NCBI RefSeq assembly: GCF_964204865.1
Contig: NC_135255.1
Coordinates: 9,610,001 to 9,674,000 of the forward strand
Reading direction: 5' to 3'
Length of the DNA: 64,000 bases
Source: Styela clava
Taxonomy: Eukaryota
Shown here in pieces: positions 1 to 13,185 of this stretch. The translations under genes were made by a program, and so were the position numbers. Under the pieces are notes generated by a model. It did not search any database. It was not told the DNA's origin and saw only the letters and a program-made list of their open reading frames with translations. Position 1 is the stretch's first letter, and the number at the start of each line of letters is the position of its first letter.

Positions 1-2173
1 AATGGTTCAGGATGGCCAGGGGGTACACCCGGAATATTAGCCATATTGTATAATATTATTTCTAAAAAGAAAATTGTGTTTAAGAAGTGACAGTTTTTTG
101 CAGTATTTTACAATCAAGTTCGCACCCATCTATACAAAAAAATGAAACAAAAGAAGAATAAAAAACAAAAAAAACTGACTTGAAAATTTCGATACAAGCT
201 AATGATTTAGCTTAATGGAACACATAAATAATATTGGGGACAAGAAAATATTGGAACTGATATTTTGATGAATAAATTAAAATTGTGTATCTTTGTCAGT
301 AAAATAAAATGGCAGTTGAAAATTTGGTAGAAACAGTAACAAAAGGCACTTTAGTGGCATTGTTGAATAGGCTGTATCGCTGATATCAAAAACAAATATA
401 TACAGTAACCAACAGGTAGCAATATTTCAAATGTGAAGGCAACCATTTCAATCTCATTTATGCCAAACCAAATCCCTCTATGCTTAGCAATTATTATGCA
501 CAGACAACAAATGCCAATTATTGACATCATGTCATGAAAACATTCATTTTTTCAGTAATGAAAAAATATTCATGAAAAAAATTGAAAAATATAGTACGGT
601 AAGTGATTAATAAATAGCCCCCGATAAACACAACCGAAAAATAATCTAAATTTAATTGATTCGAATATTGTTTATGCCTTGGTTTAATTAAACAACTGTG
701 GCAATGTTATTCTAAAAACAAAATGTGGCAATGTTATTCTAGAAACAAAATAACCATTCAAATCACTCATTATGATGTTATGTATTTTTCAGAAATCTAA
801 TTTGAATCTTAATTACTGGTAAATATTACATCCAAAAAACTATATATGCAAAATTGTAATGCGTCAATTGTTATTAATCCAAATAGCTAAATATCAAACA
901 TATGAGCTTCAATAAAAATAGCTGCTTGGCAGTGTCACGACTTGAGATCGTTATTTAACATCCAGAAAATCATAAAATATGTTCAGTACAAGGTAAATCC
1001 CACAGGTATCAAATTTTGAAAAATTGGCAAAAAAATGATTCATTATGCAATATTTTTGTTTGTTTGATCAAGATAAAATGAAACTGTATAGAAAATAGTA
1101 ATTGAAAAAATTAAATCTCAATGTCCAAAATAGCTTTAACGATTGCTGATCATTCTGCACAAAAACGATTACCAAAATAGGTATTCCAAAAAATAAATTC
1201 CATGTCAAGATATTCAAAAAAAATTGGAGACCATGGAAATCAAGATAAATTTAAGATGCTCATATTTAGGATCAATATACTATGATGAAATGCTTCGAAA
1301 ACTTTTATTTTTATCCAAGTTATCTCAAAGTATGGCTTAGAAGAGAAGTCATGGGAATGGTGAGTGATTGCTTATAAGTCATCTGGTATAAATTTGCCAA
1401 TGACTGGAATAAAGAATTTATTCTTATCACGAGTGGTCTGCTTTTATAAGGAACATTTTATCTGTTGATACAAGAATGCTACAAATAAAATTGGACAAAA
1501 AAAAGACAATTTAAAGCACAAAGGTATACAACGGAGATACTAAGTAAAATCTATCTAATGCTATCATGATAGTGTCAAGGTACAAAAGTTAGATTAAGAC
1601 AATGAATTTCCTTCAAGTTGAGCTGAGACAAAACAACAAAATTTGCAAATAATTTATGATAAGAAGATACACAAAAATCAGTGGTTTGTTTTAAATAATG
1701 TGCAATGCTGGTATTTGGATCAAGTAAATTGGGGTCTCTGATGGCTTCCATTCCTCAGGATAGTCACCGAACACAATGGTGTGGTGACTTCATGACCCAG
1801 CATGAATTGGAATATTATCATAAAATGATGAACTCCAAAACAATATGCTTCATTTGGCTAGTATAATCCTGATTTGAAATGTTCATTCTGGTGACTACTT
1901 TAATAAAATCTCTTTTTAGTGTTTTCACAGAAAGTTTTAAACTTTCACAGACTTACTCCATACAAAATTATTACAAATAACAAACAAACACATTGAGAAA
2001 CCTACACAGATTCAATTAAAAAGATACAAAAAATTGGAACATTGACTGGAAAGTAATCTTCATAACTTTCAAAGAAGAATAGCAAAGCATTTAAGGCATT
2101 CGGGACTAATGCAACATGTTTGAATCATAATGCCTCTTACTCTAGAAAACATGGGCTAACTAAGAAACGAATG

Positions 2174-4030
2174 TTAGAATCCGGTGTTATTCATGCCGAG
2201 AGTGTTATTACCAGTTGTAGGTGCAGATATGGTTTCCACAAATAGCAAACTGGCAATTGAAGCGGTCATGCAACAAGTGAAAATTCCTCCCATGAAAGCT
2301 CTCATTGCTAATTCCGCTAAATCCCCTTTTTTTTCCGGCATCAAACTTCCCAATCCTCCGATAATGATTCCCAGAGAACTTATGTTACAAAAACCACACA
2401 GAGCATGAATTGCGACAACTTCAGATCTCTCAGACATAAACATTGCAGTTCCATTGTTAAATTTTGAAACGTTACCAAGAAGTCTATTTTCGACCAGTGG
2501 TTTCATATTTTTATAAGCAATAAATTCATTCAAAAATGTTTTTACACCAAATAACTCCCCAACTGTACCACAATCTTCCCAATCTGCACCCATCAAAAAA
2601 GCAAGAGGCATGAAGAGATAACCACATAAAACTTGAAAAGTGAAATCAGGGTAACCAACAAATGCTCCAAACCAATTTAGACTGCTATTGATGAACGCAA
2701 GCAGTGCTAGAAATGCAATGAGGTTTGCAGCAATATTGGCAACTAGGCCAATAGACATTGATGCTCCTACAGCAGCAGCTTCTACTATATTTCGATCAGA
2801 TCCTTCAGTTAATTTCAAGGAATGGGTTGTTATAAACTTAGATTTTTGACGTTCTGGAAACAGCAACCGAGATATTGCAAGACTGGCAGGTGCAGACATT
2901 ACACAAGCTGTTAGTAAATGAACACTGTCAATTCCCATTTCCACAAATGCACCGAAAACAGAAAAGGCGATCGAACCTAGTCCACATGTAAGAACGGAAT
3001 GTATTTCGGCTCTTGTCAAATCATTTAAGTAGGGCCGAACAACTAATGGAGCTTCTGTCATTCCAACAAAGATATTTGCAACAGAAACTGTTGATTCGAT
3101 AGCCGAGGTACCAAGAGTCTTTTGCGTCACCCATGATAGCTTTCCAATGAACCATTGCATGATTCCTATATAATACAACATGTTCATCACAGTACTGAAG
3201 AAAACAATCATGGGAAGAATCTTAAAAGCAAACATATGAACAAAGTATGCATCACCAAACACAAACTTTGATCCATAGTCGGAATATCTCATGAAAGTTG
3301 CCACTTGGTCTCCAATGAACTTAACAGCATTGAATCCCACCTTTGTACGAAGCACAATCAAGCCTAGAATGAACTGCATGATGATTCCCCAAAGCACAGG
3401 ACGCCAGGATACATCATTTGGATATTTGGAGAAGATGAAACAGACAAAGATGATAAGACACAGTCCGAGTAAGGAAACTAATTGTCGAGGACTCTGAATT
3501 ATTATACTAACAAGCAGCCAAATAAAAAAAGCACAGACACAAACTACTTGCAACCAGAACAGAACTTTTTTCACTTTTTCAGATTTTGTGCATGCTTTCA
3601 AGTTGCATGTATTCTTCAGCAATCCAGATATTCTTTTAGAGCATACTTCCAAAATAACAATGACAAGTACAACGACTGTTAATACAATCAAAGGTATCGC
3701 TTGTTGGAATCCATAGACCATCGCACCAATGAAATAAGCACAATATCCTGCTAATAATAAGCCAAAAAAAACATGTCGTAAAATGGTTTTATTCATCTTT
3801 ACAAAAGTGGTCGCTTCATTAACACCTTTTAGTAGCATTTGAGTGAAACAATTTCCTTTATTCTGCTCATCAATGGGTTCGGTGCTATTAGAAGAATCGA
3901 GTGGAGCCTTTTCCATGCTTTTGTCATCCATTTCTATCTCAACATCATCACTCCCTTCAGAAACTTTTCTCTTTTCATCACTTATAACTTCTCCATAACT
4001 TGGAATACTTCCGTCTCCTTTACCATCCAT
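2174..4030 (-). CDS. SLC28A3: Concentrative Na+/nucleoside cotransporter (SLC28/CNT family, SLC28A3-like), single-exon CDS, 618 aa
   Basis: Uninterrupted ORF with CNT motifs (WRPVLWGIIMQF, FAFKILPMIVFFS, ANIFVGMTEAPL, KTFLNEFIAY, ALCGFCNISSLGI). Candidate acceptor (tttatag) at 4061-4062, 30 nt upstream of the ATG. Paralog-level assignment is tentative. Confidence 0.93.
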   Translation of the reverse strand: MDGKGDGSIPSYGEVISDEKRKVSEGSDDVEIEMDDKSMEKAPLDSSNSTEPIDEQNKGNCFTQMLLKGVNEATTFVKMNKTILRHVFFGLLLAGYCAYFIGAMVYGFQQAIPLIVLTVVVLVIVILEVCSKRISGLLKNTCNLKACTKSEKVKKVLFWLQVVCVCAFFIWLLVSIIIQSPRQLVSLLGLCLIIFVCFIFSKYPNDVSWRPVLWGIIMQFILGLIVLRTKVGFNAVKFIGDQVATFMRYSDYGSKFVFGDAYFVHMFAFKILPMIVFFSTVMNMLYYIGIMQWFIGKLSWVTQKTLGTSAIESTVSVANIFVGMTEAPLVVRPYLNDLTRAEIHSVLTCGLGSIAFSVFGAFVEMGIDSVHLLTACVMSAPASLAISRLLFPERQKSKFITTHSLKLTEGSDRNIVEAAAVGASMSIGLVANIAANLIAFLALLAFINSSLNWFGAFVGYPDFTFQVLCGYLFMPLAFLMGADWEDCGTVGELFGVKTFLNEFIAYKNMKPLVENRLLGNVSKFNNGTAMFMSERSEVVAIHALCGFCNISSLGIIIGGLGSLMPEKKGDLAELAMRAFMGGIFTCCMTASIASLLFVETISAPTTGNNTLGMNNTGF

Positions 4031-5138
4031 GCTAGATATTATATTGAAATGACTTCAACGCTATAAATACAATAACAGGAATAATAACAAAATTCATAAA
4101 AAATTCAGTTTAACATAAACTTGGATAGGCCTACTAAAAGTCACGGAATACAGTGGGGCACAGTTCTCCGATTCCAAGAGCAGCTCCACATTGAAAAACA
4201 TCTATTATACAGGAAGGAAGAAGTGGAGGAAAATCCCTCCTTCACGAGACAGTATGAGACTTCATTTCGACTTAAAACGGAATACACTGAAATTTTAAAG
4301 CCTAATGGCATTCACTTTTCTATAATTTTAGGTGTCCATAAAATAAAAATTGCCATGTTAGATGATATCGGAATCCATTGTCCATTTCGGGCTTCTTTTT
4401 GACTTCGTTATACGATAATTTAATTGATGTCATGGATTTACAAAAATTTATAAAAAATCAGTTCGACTCCTATAAATCGAAACACATAATCTTGAATCCC
4501 TTTGATCTAATTATTGTATTTACCGACTTTTGTATTTACCGACTTTTGTATTTACGCACCATTATTTTGACAGGCATCGCCGAGACTATCGACATTGAAC
4601 TGAATAAAAATGGTTCAGAAATATAGGGCAAAAGCGAAAATCAAATTAGCAAAATTCGAGAGACACGCCATTCTGTGTATGACTTTCTGTGACATAAACC
4701 CAGACATTCCCATGCATCGAGCTTCCTGCCCGATCTAAGCCCCTCGTTTCGAAGACGCACATGCTTTTTTTGATAGCCCCAAATCTGGAACCGAAGTAGT
4801 GTGCCAATTGAATGAGGCCAATTTACTGATAAAGTGCCTCTGTAAGACCGATAAAATACAGAAATAATATAACATAGCCTAAATCATTACGTTGAAGATA
4901 ATCAACATAATAATTTTGTAATTAAATCTGTAAATTGAAGATTTGGATCCACATTACATCTGGACAATGAAGCAGTTCAGCAGTTGTTGTAAATCTGTGA
5001 ATCCCATATTTGACATCATTATTGATATATAGGTTCCAAAATTTCATTCAATTTTTCTAATTTAAGCATGAAAAATACCGTAACATAAGAGAAGAATTAG
5101 TTAAAATCGATATTCTAGATATTACTGTAATACTGTAT

Positions 5139-5472
5139 TAGGATAGGATTTACATATTTATCCCGGGGGAGAGGAAAGCTGATAAGACGGCTTATCCATA
5201 TGACGAACCACGGCCTGTCGTCCGGTTACCATTCCAAGTCGGGTATGTGATTAGTTATATTGTTTGTTTTCGGAAGCATGGACTTGGTGGTGGAGGAAGC
5301 CGTAACCGACCAGCAGTTACGTGAACCACCCAACGACGACGAGGAGTCCAGCAATCCTCTCGCACATAACCATCCCTGCATGGGATTCGAACCTGCGAAC
5401 CCACGCAGAGTAATTAGAGGTGCAGTGGCCAGCGTATTCCTAACGCTTAGCCCGTTGAGCCACACCGCCGCG
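5139..5472 (-). mobile_element. tRNA-derived SINE, full-length copy 1
   Basis: On the minus strand: Pol III A-box TGGCTCAACGG (5452-5462), B-box GGTTCGAATCC (5383-5393) and an (ATCCT)n tail at 5139-5149. Nearly identical to 62139-62489. Confidence 0.88.
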
Positions 5473-6859
5473 CACTACATAGGTACGAACGTATGATACA
5501 CACCTAACAGTCTAACGTTAAGTCTGTATTGCTATAAGTTCAGAAGTTAATCGTTTTCAAATATAAAATTTCTATCTACCGTAGATATTTGCATACCAAA
5601 TTACGGTACTGATTTAAGTTCTCCTGAATACAGGAATACTGGAATATGGAATTACTTGATAATATTTGAATTTTCTCAGTGATAGGCTAGATAAGATAAG
5701 TTTATTTCGACTCCATAATCAGCAGAAAGGCGATAAAACGGTAGATAAAAACAAATAAATAAAAACTGATTATGAAATCAGGAGAGTAAACAAAACCTTA
5801 GATAAGGTTTAAAAAGTACAGAATAAAAGATGGAAGGTATTGCCAAAAAGAAGTGGTACATGTTCACTCACCTAAAACTACTGAATCAAATCATTCACAC
5901 GCACACAACCAACCATAGGGCATTAATAAAATTCTGAAATTAGAAAAAAGAGAGAAGATTCAGATAAATTATATGGTAACCAAAAAAATAAATAAATAAA
6001 CACATAAAAAGAGAGAAAAAAAGATAAGAAATGTAATAAATAACAAGAATTGTTTGCCACACCATTTTAATAATTTTGTAAAAATCCCCAAACAAGAGTG
6101 AACATTTTTTGCATTCGGCATTACTAGATTACGGTACCTACTTTCTCACAATGACAAATCACTGCATGTATAATAACAGCAATATTAAATCCAGGCATCT
6201 GGAACAAATAACTACTAATCCCATACAGCCATAACTGCCATAAAAATTGAAAACAGAAGGGCAGAGATGAAACAAACCGAGACACAACAGTCAACATCAC
6301 TCCCTAATTCTCAAAAAACAAAACCGCCTATATATTCTGTGAATTCAATCCAAACCTCCCGCGCCATATTTTCAACCGGTTTTCCAAGCGGGAAACAACG
6401 TGCGCGCCGCGATGAATGAGACACCCTTCTAGCAATGTACATCAGCTAGTGGCATAAAATAAAACTACCTGCCTTAGGTCAATCGAAAAGCCTTGTACTT
6501 CTTCATCTACACTACATGACTCCAAAAATTGCATTACCTGTACATTTTTGGTGAATGTGGTCAACACGTGCAGCCTAGATAAACAAATATGCTATCCTAC
6601 TTTTTATAGCAACACGAACATACCTTCTTCTGTTTGAATTTTGATCACGAACGAAGGTTTTTTTTGTTATTCTAATGAGGTGTTCAAGCATGATCAGTTA
6701 CTACTTTTCAGAATATGTATTTGGCCAGAGTTTACTTTTTTCCAACCAGTAAAAAACGAAATACATCGATTCATATTGGGATCACAATCGCATATCACCC
6801 ATGTTAACTAGTTTGGCGCATGCAATCCCCCGCCTCTTAATCCAAAACTACACCTTGAA

Positions 6860-9306
6860 TAGGGTTGCCAACTATGGAAAGTCTCAATAAAGGACATAGA
6901 TCACCGTCATCATTTATTTCGTAACTTGCAGGAAAGAACAATATAAAACAATAAAATACAAATTATATACAAACTAAAAAGATATATTGAAAATCTTCAT
7001 GTGTTTTTCATTTAGTGTTCATTTAACATTGGCCCAATCTAGCTCTAATTTTGCAGTTGCTTAAGTTTATATTTCTCAAAGTTATATTTGTTCTGACTCT
7101 TTGCTGACTTCAGCAATTGTGGGTCACGTTTTGTTTTTTCCGAAAATTCACGACACGTGTCTTTCAAGTTGAAGTATATTGAAAGCTCACTATTCATTAG
7201 TTGTATGGAGCATCTGTTCCTTTCACTGCGCCATTTAGCTGACATCACACTAAAACTGCGTTCACAATAAGCTGAGGTTCCGGGAATAGAGGGCACAAAT
7301 GAAACTATTTTGAAAACATTAACACACTTGAGATCGGCATTTACTGCTTGTTGTTTTGCATTCTGTGAACAGTTTAGTGAAGGGTCGGCCAACCTTTTTG
7401 GCCGACGGGCCACATTTTGTTCACTAGTAATTGCGCGGGCCACTTAACATGGTAATTATGTTCTAGTTTTGCTACACTGACTAAAAGTTAATGAAAAAAC
7501 AAACAAAACCCTCGCACCAAACTTTCTCAATAATAAGAACAATAAAAAAACAAAGATACAGTTAAGTCAACAAAGTTTTTCTACACGTAGATTTTTTAGT
7601 GTGAAGTTTGGCACTGTTTTCTGCTAACAAGTTTGTCAATATTCGCTGAAATGGACGATGTAGCAATGCGAAGCGAATTTTCCATATGAATGCTAGAAAT
7701 TAGTGATCTCACAGGGGATTTGACATGGTTCATCTGTGAAAAAACTTGCTTGTACAAGTAGGCTAAGTGCTGCCAAATAATGAGGTCATTAAAACTGCCG
7801 TTCTGCCCAAGTGTATAAGCGACTATTTATGTATCGATATCTTCCAGTTGGTTTCAATTCCAAATGGCGCACTCGTGGCTGGTTTGAAAGGGCTAGCAGA
7901 GCGCATTTCAGGAAAATGAACAAATTGTTTGTATCAAAACTTTATATTAACTACATCACTCGAAAAATAGAAGTTTTACTCATTTTTTTTCATTTAATTC
8001 CGAAAATACAGCGCGGGCCACTCAAAACTCATCGGCGGACCGCATGTGGCCCGCGGGCCACGGGTTGGACGACCCTGGTTTAGTGCTTTGAATCGCGCCA
8101 AAAGTTTTTTGAATGCGTGCAACTTCATCAAATAGATCATTCATATTCAAATTAAGTTTGTCTTTTAGCTTCAAATGCTCTACAATTTTTACAAGTGTCT
8201 GATATTTTGGAGAAAGATTATCCAAAAGAGATAATTTTGATAATTTTCCAAATGTTGAATTTTCATTAAAGTCAAATTTTTTTTTCTAAATACGATATTG
8301 CAGAGTTGAGAAATAATCTAAAATCTTCAGTTGCCTCTCGAGCTTCAGCAGCACTCACAATTGCAAGAAGTTGGTGAACATCATACCCAAAAAATTCTTC
8401 ATCAGATGAAGATTTTAACCTATTTCTTAATTTAGTAAGAATGATGAAAACATATGCTGTTGAAGTTTCATTTTTTTCCAGTTCTTGAACAGCTAATTTG
8501 TGAGAATATCAAATACATTTCAATAAGCTGAGGAACTTCTGTTGACTCATTGTCAATCCTAGGAAGTTTAGGTAATTGTTTGGAACATTCAGCTGGTCTT
8601 CTCAGGAAATAAGAACTTATAGGGCTTTCCAAGAAAGTAAGATTCTTTCGATGCATGGGTGCAGAGATAGCGACCTAGCAGGTACATGACGCAGAATTTT
8701 ATGAAATTCCGTCTCTACAAATATATGAATGTCTATAAGAGTTTCTCGTCTTTTTGCTGACATTGAGACATGACTGTAAATTTTCAAGACAACATTCAAA
8801 TTTCCTAAAGCAAATTTCAATGTATTGTGTACAATGTGTGCACTGCAGTTAGCCGTATTAATACTATCATTTAGTGTGCGAACATTAGTATAAAGAGAAT
8901 GTTTTTCTCCAAAGTTGCAATCAAATCTGCAATCTGCACTCAACAAGAAACTCTTTTCCAATCAAGTTGTAAATTGTTCATAGCGTTTTTCAAACAAGTG
9001 AACATTCCATCCGCACTTTCATCTGCATTCTAGAAGAAATCAATAATATAAGTAACTGTGCCATGTTCCAAGCTAAACCATTTTCTTTGGCCATTTGAGC
9101 CGGACCAAAGCGAAATTAAAAAGAATAATAGGAAGCTTGAAATACATAAACGGAGACGATTTAAGAACGGAACAATATCAAACACAGTACTATAACTATC
9201 GGGCAAAACGATGTTGGAAAAAATAAAGGACAATTATCATCTTAAGAAGGACAAAAATCTTAAATAAAGGATTGTCCTTTGAAATAAAGGACGGTTGGCA
9301 ACCCTA
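6860..9306 (-). mobile_element. Decayed hAT DNA transposon with frameshifted transposase remnants
   Basis: TIRs TAGGGTTGCCAAC (6860) and GTTGGCAACCCTA (ends 9306). Transposase fragments CSAHIVHN (8617-8961) and IPGTSAYCERSFS...WRSERNR (hAT dimerisation motif, 7045-7443). ATAAAGGA subterminal repeats. Confidence 0.88.
7380..8077 (-). mobile_element. Nested non-autonomous hAT (Charlie/Buster-like) element inserted in the larger hAT
   Basis: Perfect 8-bp TSD GTTTAGTG (7372-7379 and 8078-8085). TIRs AGGGTCGGCCAAC / GTTGGACGACCCTG and GCGGGCCA subterminal motifs. The internal ~7660-7790 resembles a Buster transposase C-terminus. Confidence 0.85.
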
Positions 9307-10442
9307 TAAGTCCTTGAAGCAGTTGAAATCCAGCACCACTCGTTAATGAGACAGCAGATTTGTAGATATTTCTACGTCCAGAGAAGCGAAAAACACCTCA
9401 TGAAGTTTCACCGTGGCACCAGTCACCAGTCTTCCACCAGATATGAAATGTAACGGCGATTTTGGACTCGGGAGTACGATATAATTTTTAAATAGTCTTA
9501 GAGTATGTTTCACGCCAATGGTCTTCCCAGATAAACTCTTTCTGAAGCACAACTTACAATAAAATATACCACCAGCGCTGGCCTGAATGTAAAAACAAGA
9601 TTGTAAATAAATCCTAAGAATGTCCAAATTCAATGACTCAGTCAATGCTAAATAACCAGCAACATCTTCATGTAATATCGCGTCCCTTTACTCGCAGTTG
9701 CAAGACCAAGGCGGTTGAATCCAGGACTGCACAAAAGTTTTGACTGATTTTTAAATCGCTGCACTACAAAGCCTATAAATTTCATAACTGTGTGCTAATT
9801 ACAGTATATGGTTCCCCTGCGACAATGAGTGAATATATAGTGGCTAGCTTCTAACAAGAAATTGGGCGTAATACAAGTAAACAATTAAGTGTACCAAAGT
9901 AAAATTCAAGCAGATAAATTTCATGACATGCATTTTTCCAATTGAATAATGTTGCTACTTCTTGTGGTGAATGACGCTTTCAAATTCCATTCCCTAAGAA
10001 CTAAAAAACATACCATCATCTTTCAATAACCGAGTGTGAAAGAAAATATACAACCCATCTTTATTACGATATGTATATATCAAATTACAACTGAAACAAC
10101 CATATTATGCATATTAAATACATAAGAAACACAAAAACCAACCATCTATATTGCCGCTGGAAAATCAGCAGTGAACACCTCTAAAAATACTGCAGCACCA
10201 TATATAAATAAGAAGCGTTGAGTTATGCAACTATTAAGTAAGGTTATAAAGAAAAGAACCAGAATAATATAATGTTGATAAATTACTTAACTAATAAAGA
10301 TATATCTAAACGATTGACTACATGAAGGATAATCTAGTCTAGAGAATTATAGGCAGAAAATTAATCGCCACGTTTGTGAATGATCTCAAGTGCTAATTGC
10401 TTTTGAAAAATATCTAATTTAAAAAAAATACTGGTTCTGCAC

Positions 10443-10682
10443 TGGGATGACCAAAACCGAATATTTCACTATTTCGAATATATCCTGGGAAAATATCTTC
10501 GACTATGGTATACATTCAAAATTGGGGCTAATTTATTGTGGAAAATTACATAAATATAAAGGTCATTAGTTTATCTGACCGCTTAAAATATCTAATTTTG
10601 AAATAAAAATACTGTCAATTATTCCTAAATATATATGAATTTTGAATGTAATCGAATATTAGATTCGCTTTGGACATCCCTG
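10443..10682. mobile_element. Degenerate MITE with GGGATG(A/T)CCAAA.CGAAT-type termini
   Basis: GGGATGACCAAAACCGAAT at ~10444 and ATTCGCTTTGGACATCCC at ~10663-10680, with internal CGAATA repeats. Confidence 0.55.
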
Positions 10683-11058
10683 GATCAGCAGGTCAGATGG
10701 TTGACATACCTTACAAATCAGATACCGCTATCTAGTCACCGAACAAGAGGTTGTGGTCCACCATACCCTAAAGCCATCGACTTTTATATACTCTGAAAAG
10801 TCCCAACTAATTAAAGAAGGATGATTATACTCAAGTGTACTTATGAGAAATGGGCAAAGAAAATCCTTTGGAGTGGTTGCTTTTGATCACAATAAAGTAA
10901 AGAATATGGCAACGAAGACTTCCAGAAAATGATAAATTTCTGATATCTCTAAATGATTGTTTACTGGCGAAAAATCTGTTGAAATAGCTTGCAATTGTCT
11001 ACATTAACCAAATTTATTATACCAAGCATGCTTAACAATAATACGTAAAAAGAAATCC

Positions 11059-12947
11059 TCAGAATTCTTGATCCATGGCTTTCATTAAAATTCCCATGGG
11101 AGTGGTCTTAAGGCCAACAGATTCCACTTTATTATTTACTTTGTTTTTTAAATTTCTCATCCGCAATGATGCATGAAGAAGAATACCTTTTAATAAAAAA
11201 AAAATATATAAATATACAAATGATTAATTAAAGATCGAAGCAAGCCCAATGAAAGTTTTGAAATCAATCACTAAAAAAACGGATATTCTACTGGAATATT
11301 TCACCTAAAAAATAATAAAAAGGATAAAAATATAAATTTGAACTTACAGAACATTGGTAATGCAATTCCAAATATGAACACGAGTACAGATCCCAACGCA
11401 TACATCAGCATAGTAGAAACTGTGATAATCATCCCAATGACAACGCCAGGATATTTCCTTTTAAAATCTCGAATTTCAGCCCTGCTAAAAATGATCAGAA
11501 AAGCAATGTTTTATTTACAGAGCAATTTAACATTGTAGGTTATTGTTTAAACCAGTAGTTCTAAATCAATGGTAAATTTAACCATTAGGAAATATTCATT
11601 TTTTATACTACTAGTTTCATTTTTTGCATGTTATCAAACACTTTGTACATCTGTTATTATACTCTCATTGCAAGATACAGGTCAGCCTAGCCTACTTTTT
11701 TGTATAATATTGACGATGTGCCAAAATGGGAAGTTTGTACAATCGACTAAAAAGACTTGTTAAAGCAATGCAGTGAAATTACCTATTTGAAGCAACATAC
11801 AGTGTCCCTGCAAATGTACCGCCCACCAAAATTCCGCCGAGTATCATTTCGTATGGTCTGACATAACTGAAAGAATTTGAGTACAATTTAAGATACTAGG
11901 ATAAAATTTACATATTTATTTCAGGAGGAACGCCTAATATTACGGAAAACCACAACCTCTCGTCCAGTGACCAGTCTATGTTAGGCATGGGATTAATTAG
12001 CCAGTTATTGTTTGTCTTCAGATGCATCAGCCATCAACTGAACAGTGGAGCAAGCAGTAACTCACCCTGCGTGGATAGGAATCTAGAAATCCTCTCCCAC
12101 ATAATTCGAACCTGCGAATTCACACAAGGTAATCAAAGTGGCGGTAGCAAGCGTATTCTTAACGTCTAGCACGATGTGCCTCACTGCCGGGCAGAGCGTT
12201 GATGACAATAACATCTGCAATACCCTAGTACCCTATAACAGGGCTACTCAACTATTTTTACCGAAGATCCGCATACAGAACTTCAAAAATATTTGGGTCC
12301 GGTCTTTCCAGAAATTATATTTCGGCATCTTTAAACACGCACTTTCTCGGTCGACTAATGATTATAAGCTAATCAAGATTGTTTATTATGGTGTTATAGT
12401 TCCTCCCCATATATATTTAAATCTATATAAGTGATTTTATAAAAGGAAACTTCAAAAGTGGGGCTAATGATCCAAAATAAAGAATTAGACGCGGTTCGAA
12501 TTGAATACCCGAAAGGTCCGGATTCGGACCGCGGTCCGCCAGTTGAGTAGCCCTGCCCTATAATATCATGTTAATACTTCATACTGATAGTTATGGGAGA
12601 ATCAAAATATATATACGATTTTACATGAAAGTGTTGGAAAGCCTGAAAAAATCAAAACATTTCGAGTTGTTAAATGTACACCACATTTCAAAGTCAAATT
12701 TTTATTCCTACTGATTAAAATAGAAAATTGATATTAGAAAAAAACAATAATATTGCTATTACCCAACGATCAAAAATATCACAAGTGCAGATATCATGTA
12801 GTTCGTTTGATAATACAATAAATTATTCACGATTCTGTAATTCCATTTTTCTTTATTCTGATAATCGGGAAGCCCAAACCTTGCAGACCCAAGAAGATAA
12901 TCTTGAAAGGTACGAATAGGAGCAAACTGTACATCATTCCCTGCCAT
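11059..12947 (-). CDS. ARL6IP5: PRA1-family protein (ARL6IP5/JWA/PRAF3-like), 4 exons, ~176 aa
   Basis: Exons 12947-12763, 11866-11783, 11481-11348, 11186-11059 with GT-AG introns and consistent phase (531 nt). Motifs [13 protein letters not shown] and [12 protein letters not shown]...GLKTTPMG. Confidence 0.92.
11897..12190 (-). mobile_element. Old, diverged copy of the tRNA-SINE in ARL6IP5 intron 1
   Basis: Recognisable blocks TAGGAT..TTTACATATTTAT, TTCGAACCTGCGAA and AGCGTATTCTTAACG match the 5139-5472 element. Confidence 0.75.
12239..12555. mobile_element. hAT MITE
   Basis: Perfect TIR CAGGGCTACTCAACT / AGTTGAGTAGCCCTG and perfect 8-bp TSD CCCTATAA (12231-12238, 12556-12563). Confidence 0.9.
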
Positions 12948-13059
12948 TTTGAGTTTTTATTTTTGTCTTAATTTAAGTAAAAACCTGGAAAAATGACAAA
13001 AACTGTAACACAATTCACAAATTCCATTTAGAGAGAAATGCTTATAAACATGCACAAAT

Positions 13060-13185
13060 TAGGGATGTTCACAGCCAACAGGAAGGCCCTCTCAGAGTCT
13101 CAGGAAGTTAAAAAAAAAACGTTTTTTCACTCAAAAATAAGCTCAAATGTTTTGAATTTTCGTACCACTTGGTTGAACATCCCTG
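13060..13185. mobile_element. Small putative MITE
   Basis: TAGGGATGTTCA ... TGAACATCCCTG inverted termini; no clear TSD. Confidence 0.45.

Noticed and set aside
697-750. Short tandem duplications (also 4515-4555, 18085-18134, 27383-27555, 50815-50875) as CRISPR-like arrays
   Set aside because: Only 2-4 units, no regular unique spacers, eukaryotic context; these are slippage or TE-subterminal repeats.
5383-5472. Possible tRNA gene
   Set aside because: A and B boxes are present but there is no convincing cloverleaf, and the sequence continues into a SINE body and tail.
5226-5496. ORFs on both strands that recur at 62210-62533
   Set aside because: They are chance frames within two SINE copies; the conservation reflects repeat identity.
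9343-9645. 100-aa minus-strand ORF
   Set aside because: TTG start, no recognisable domain and no convincing splice context.
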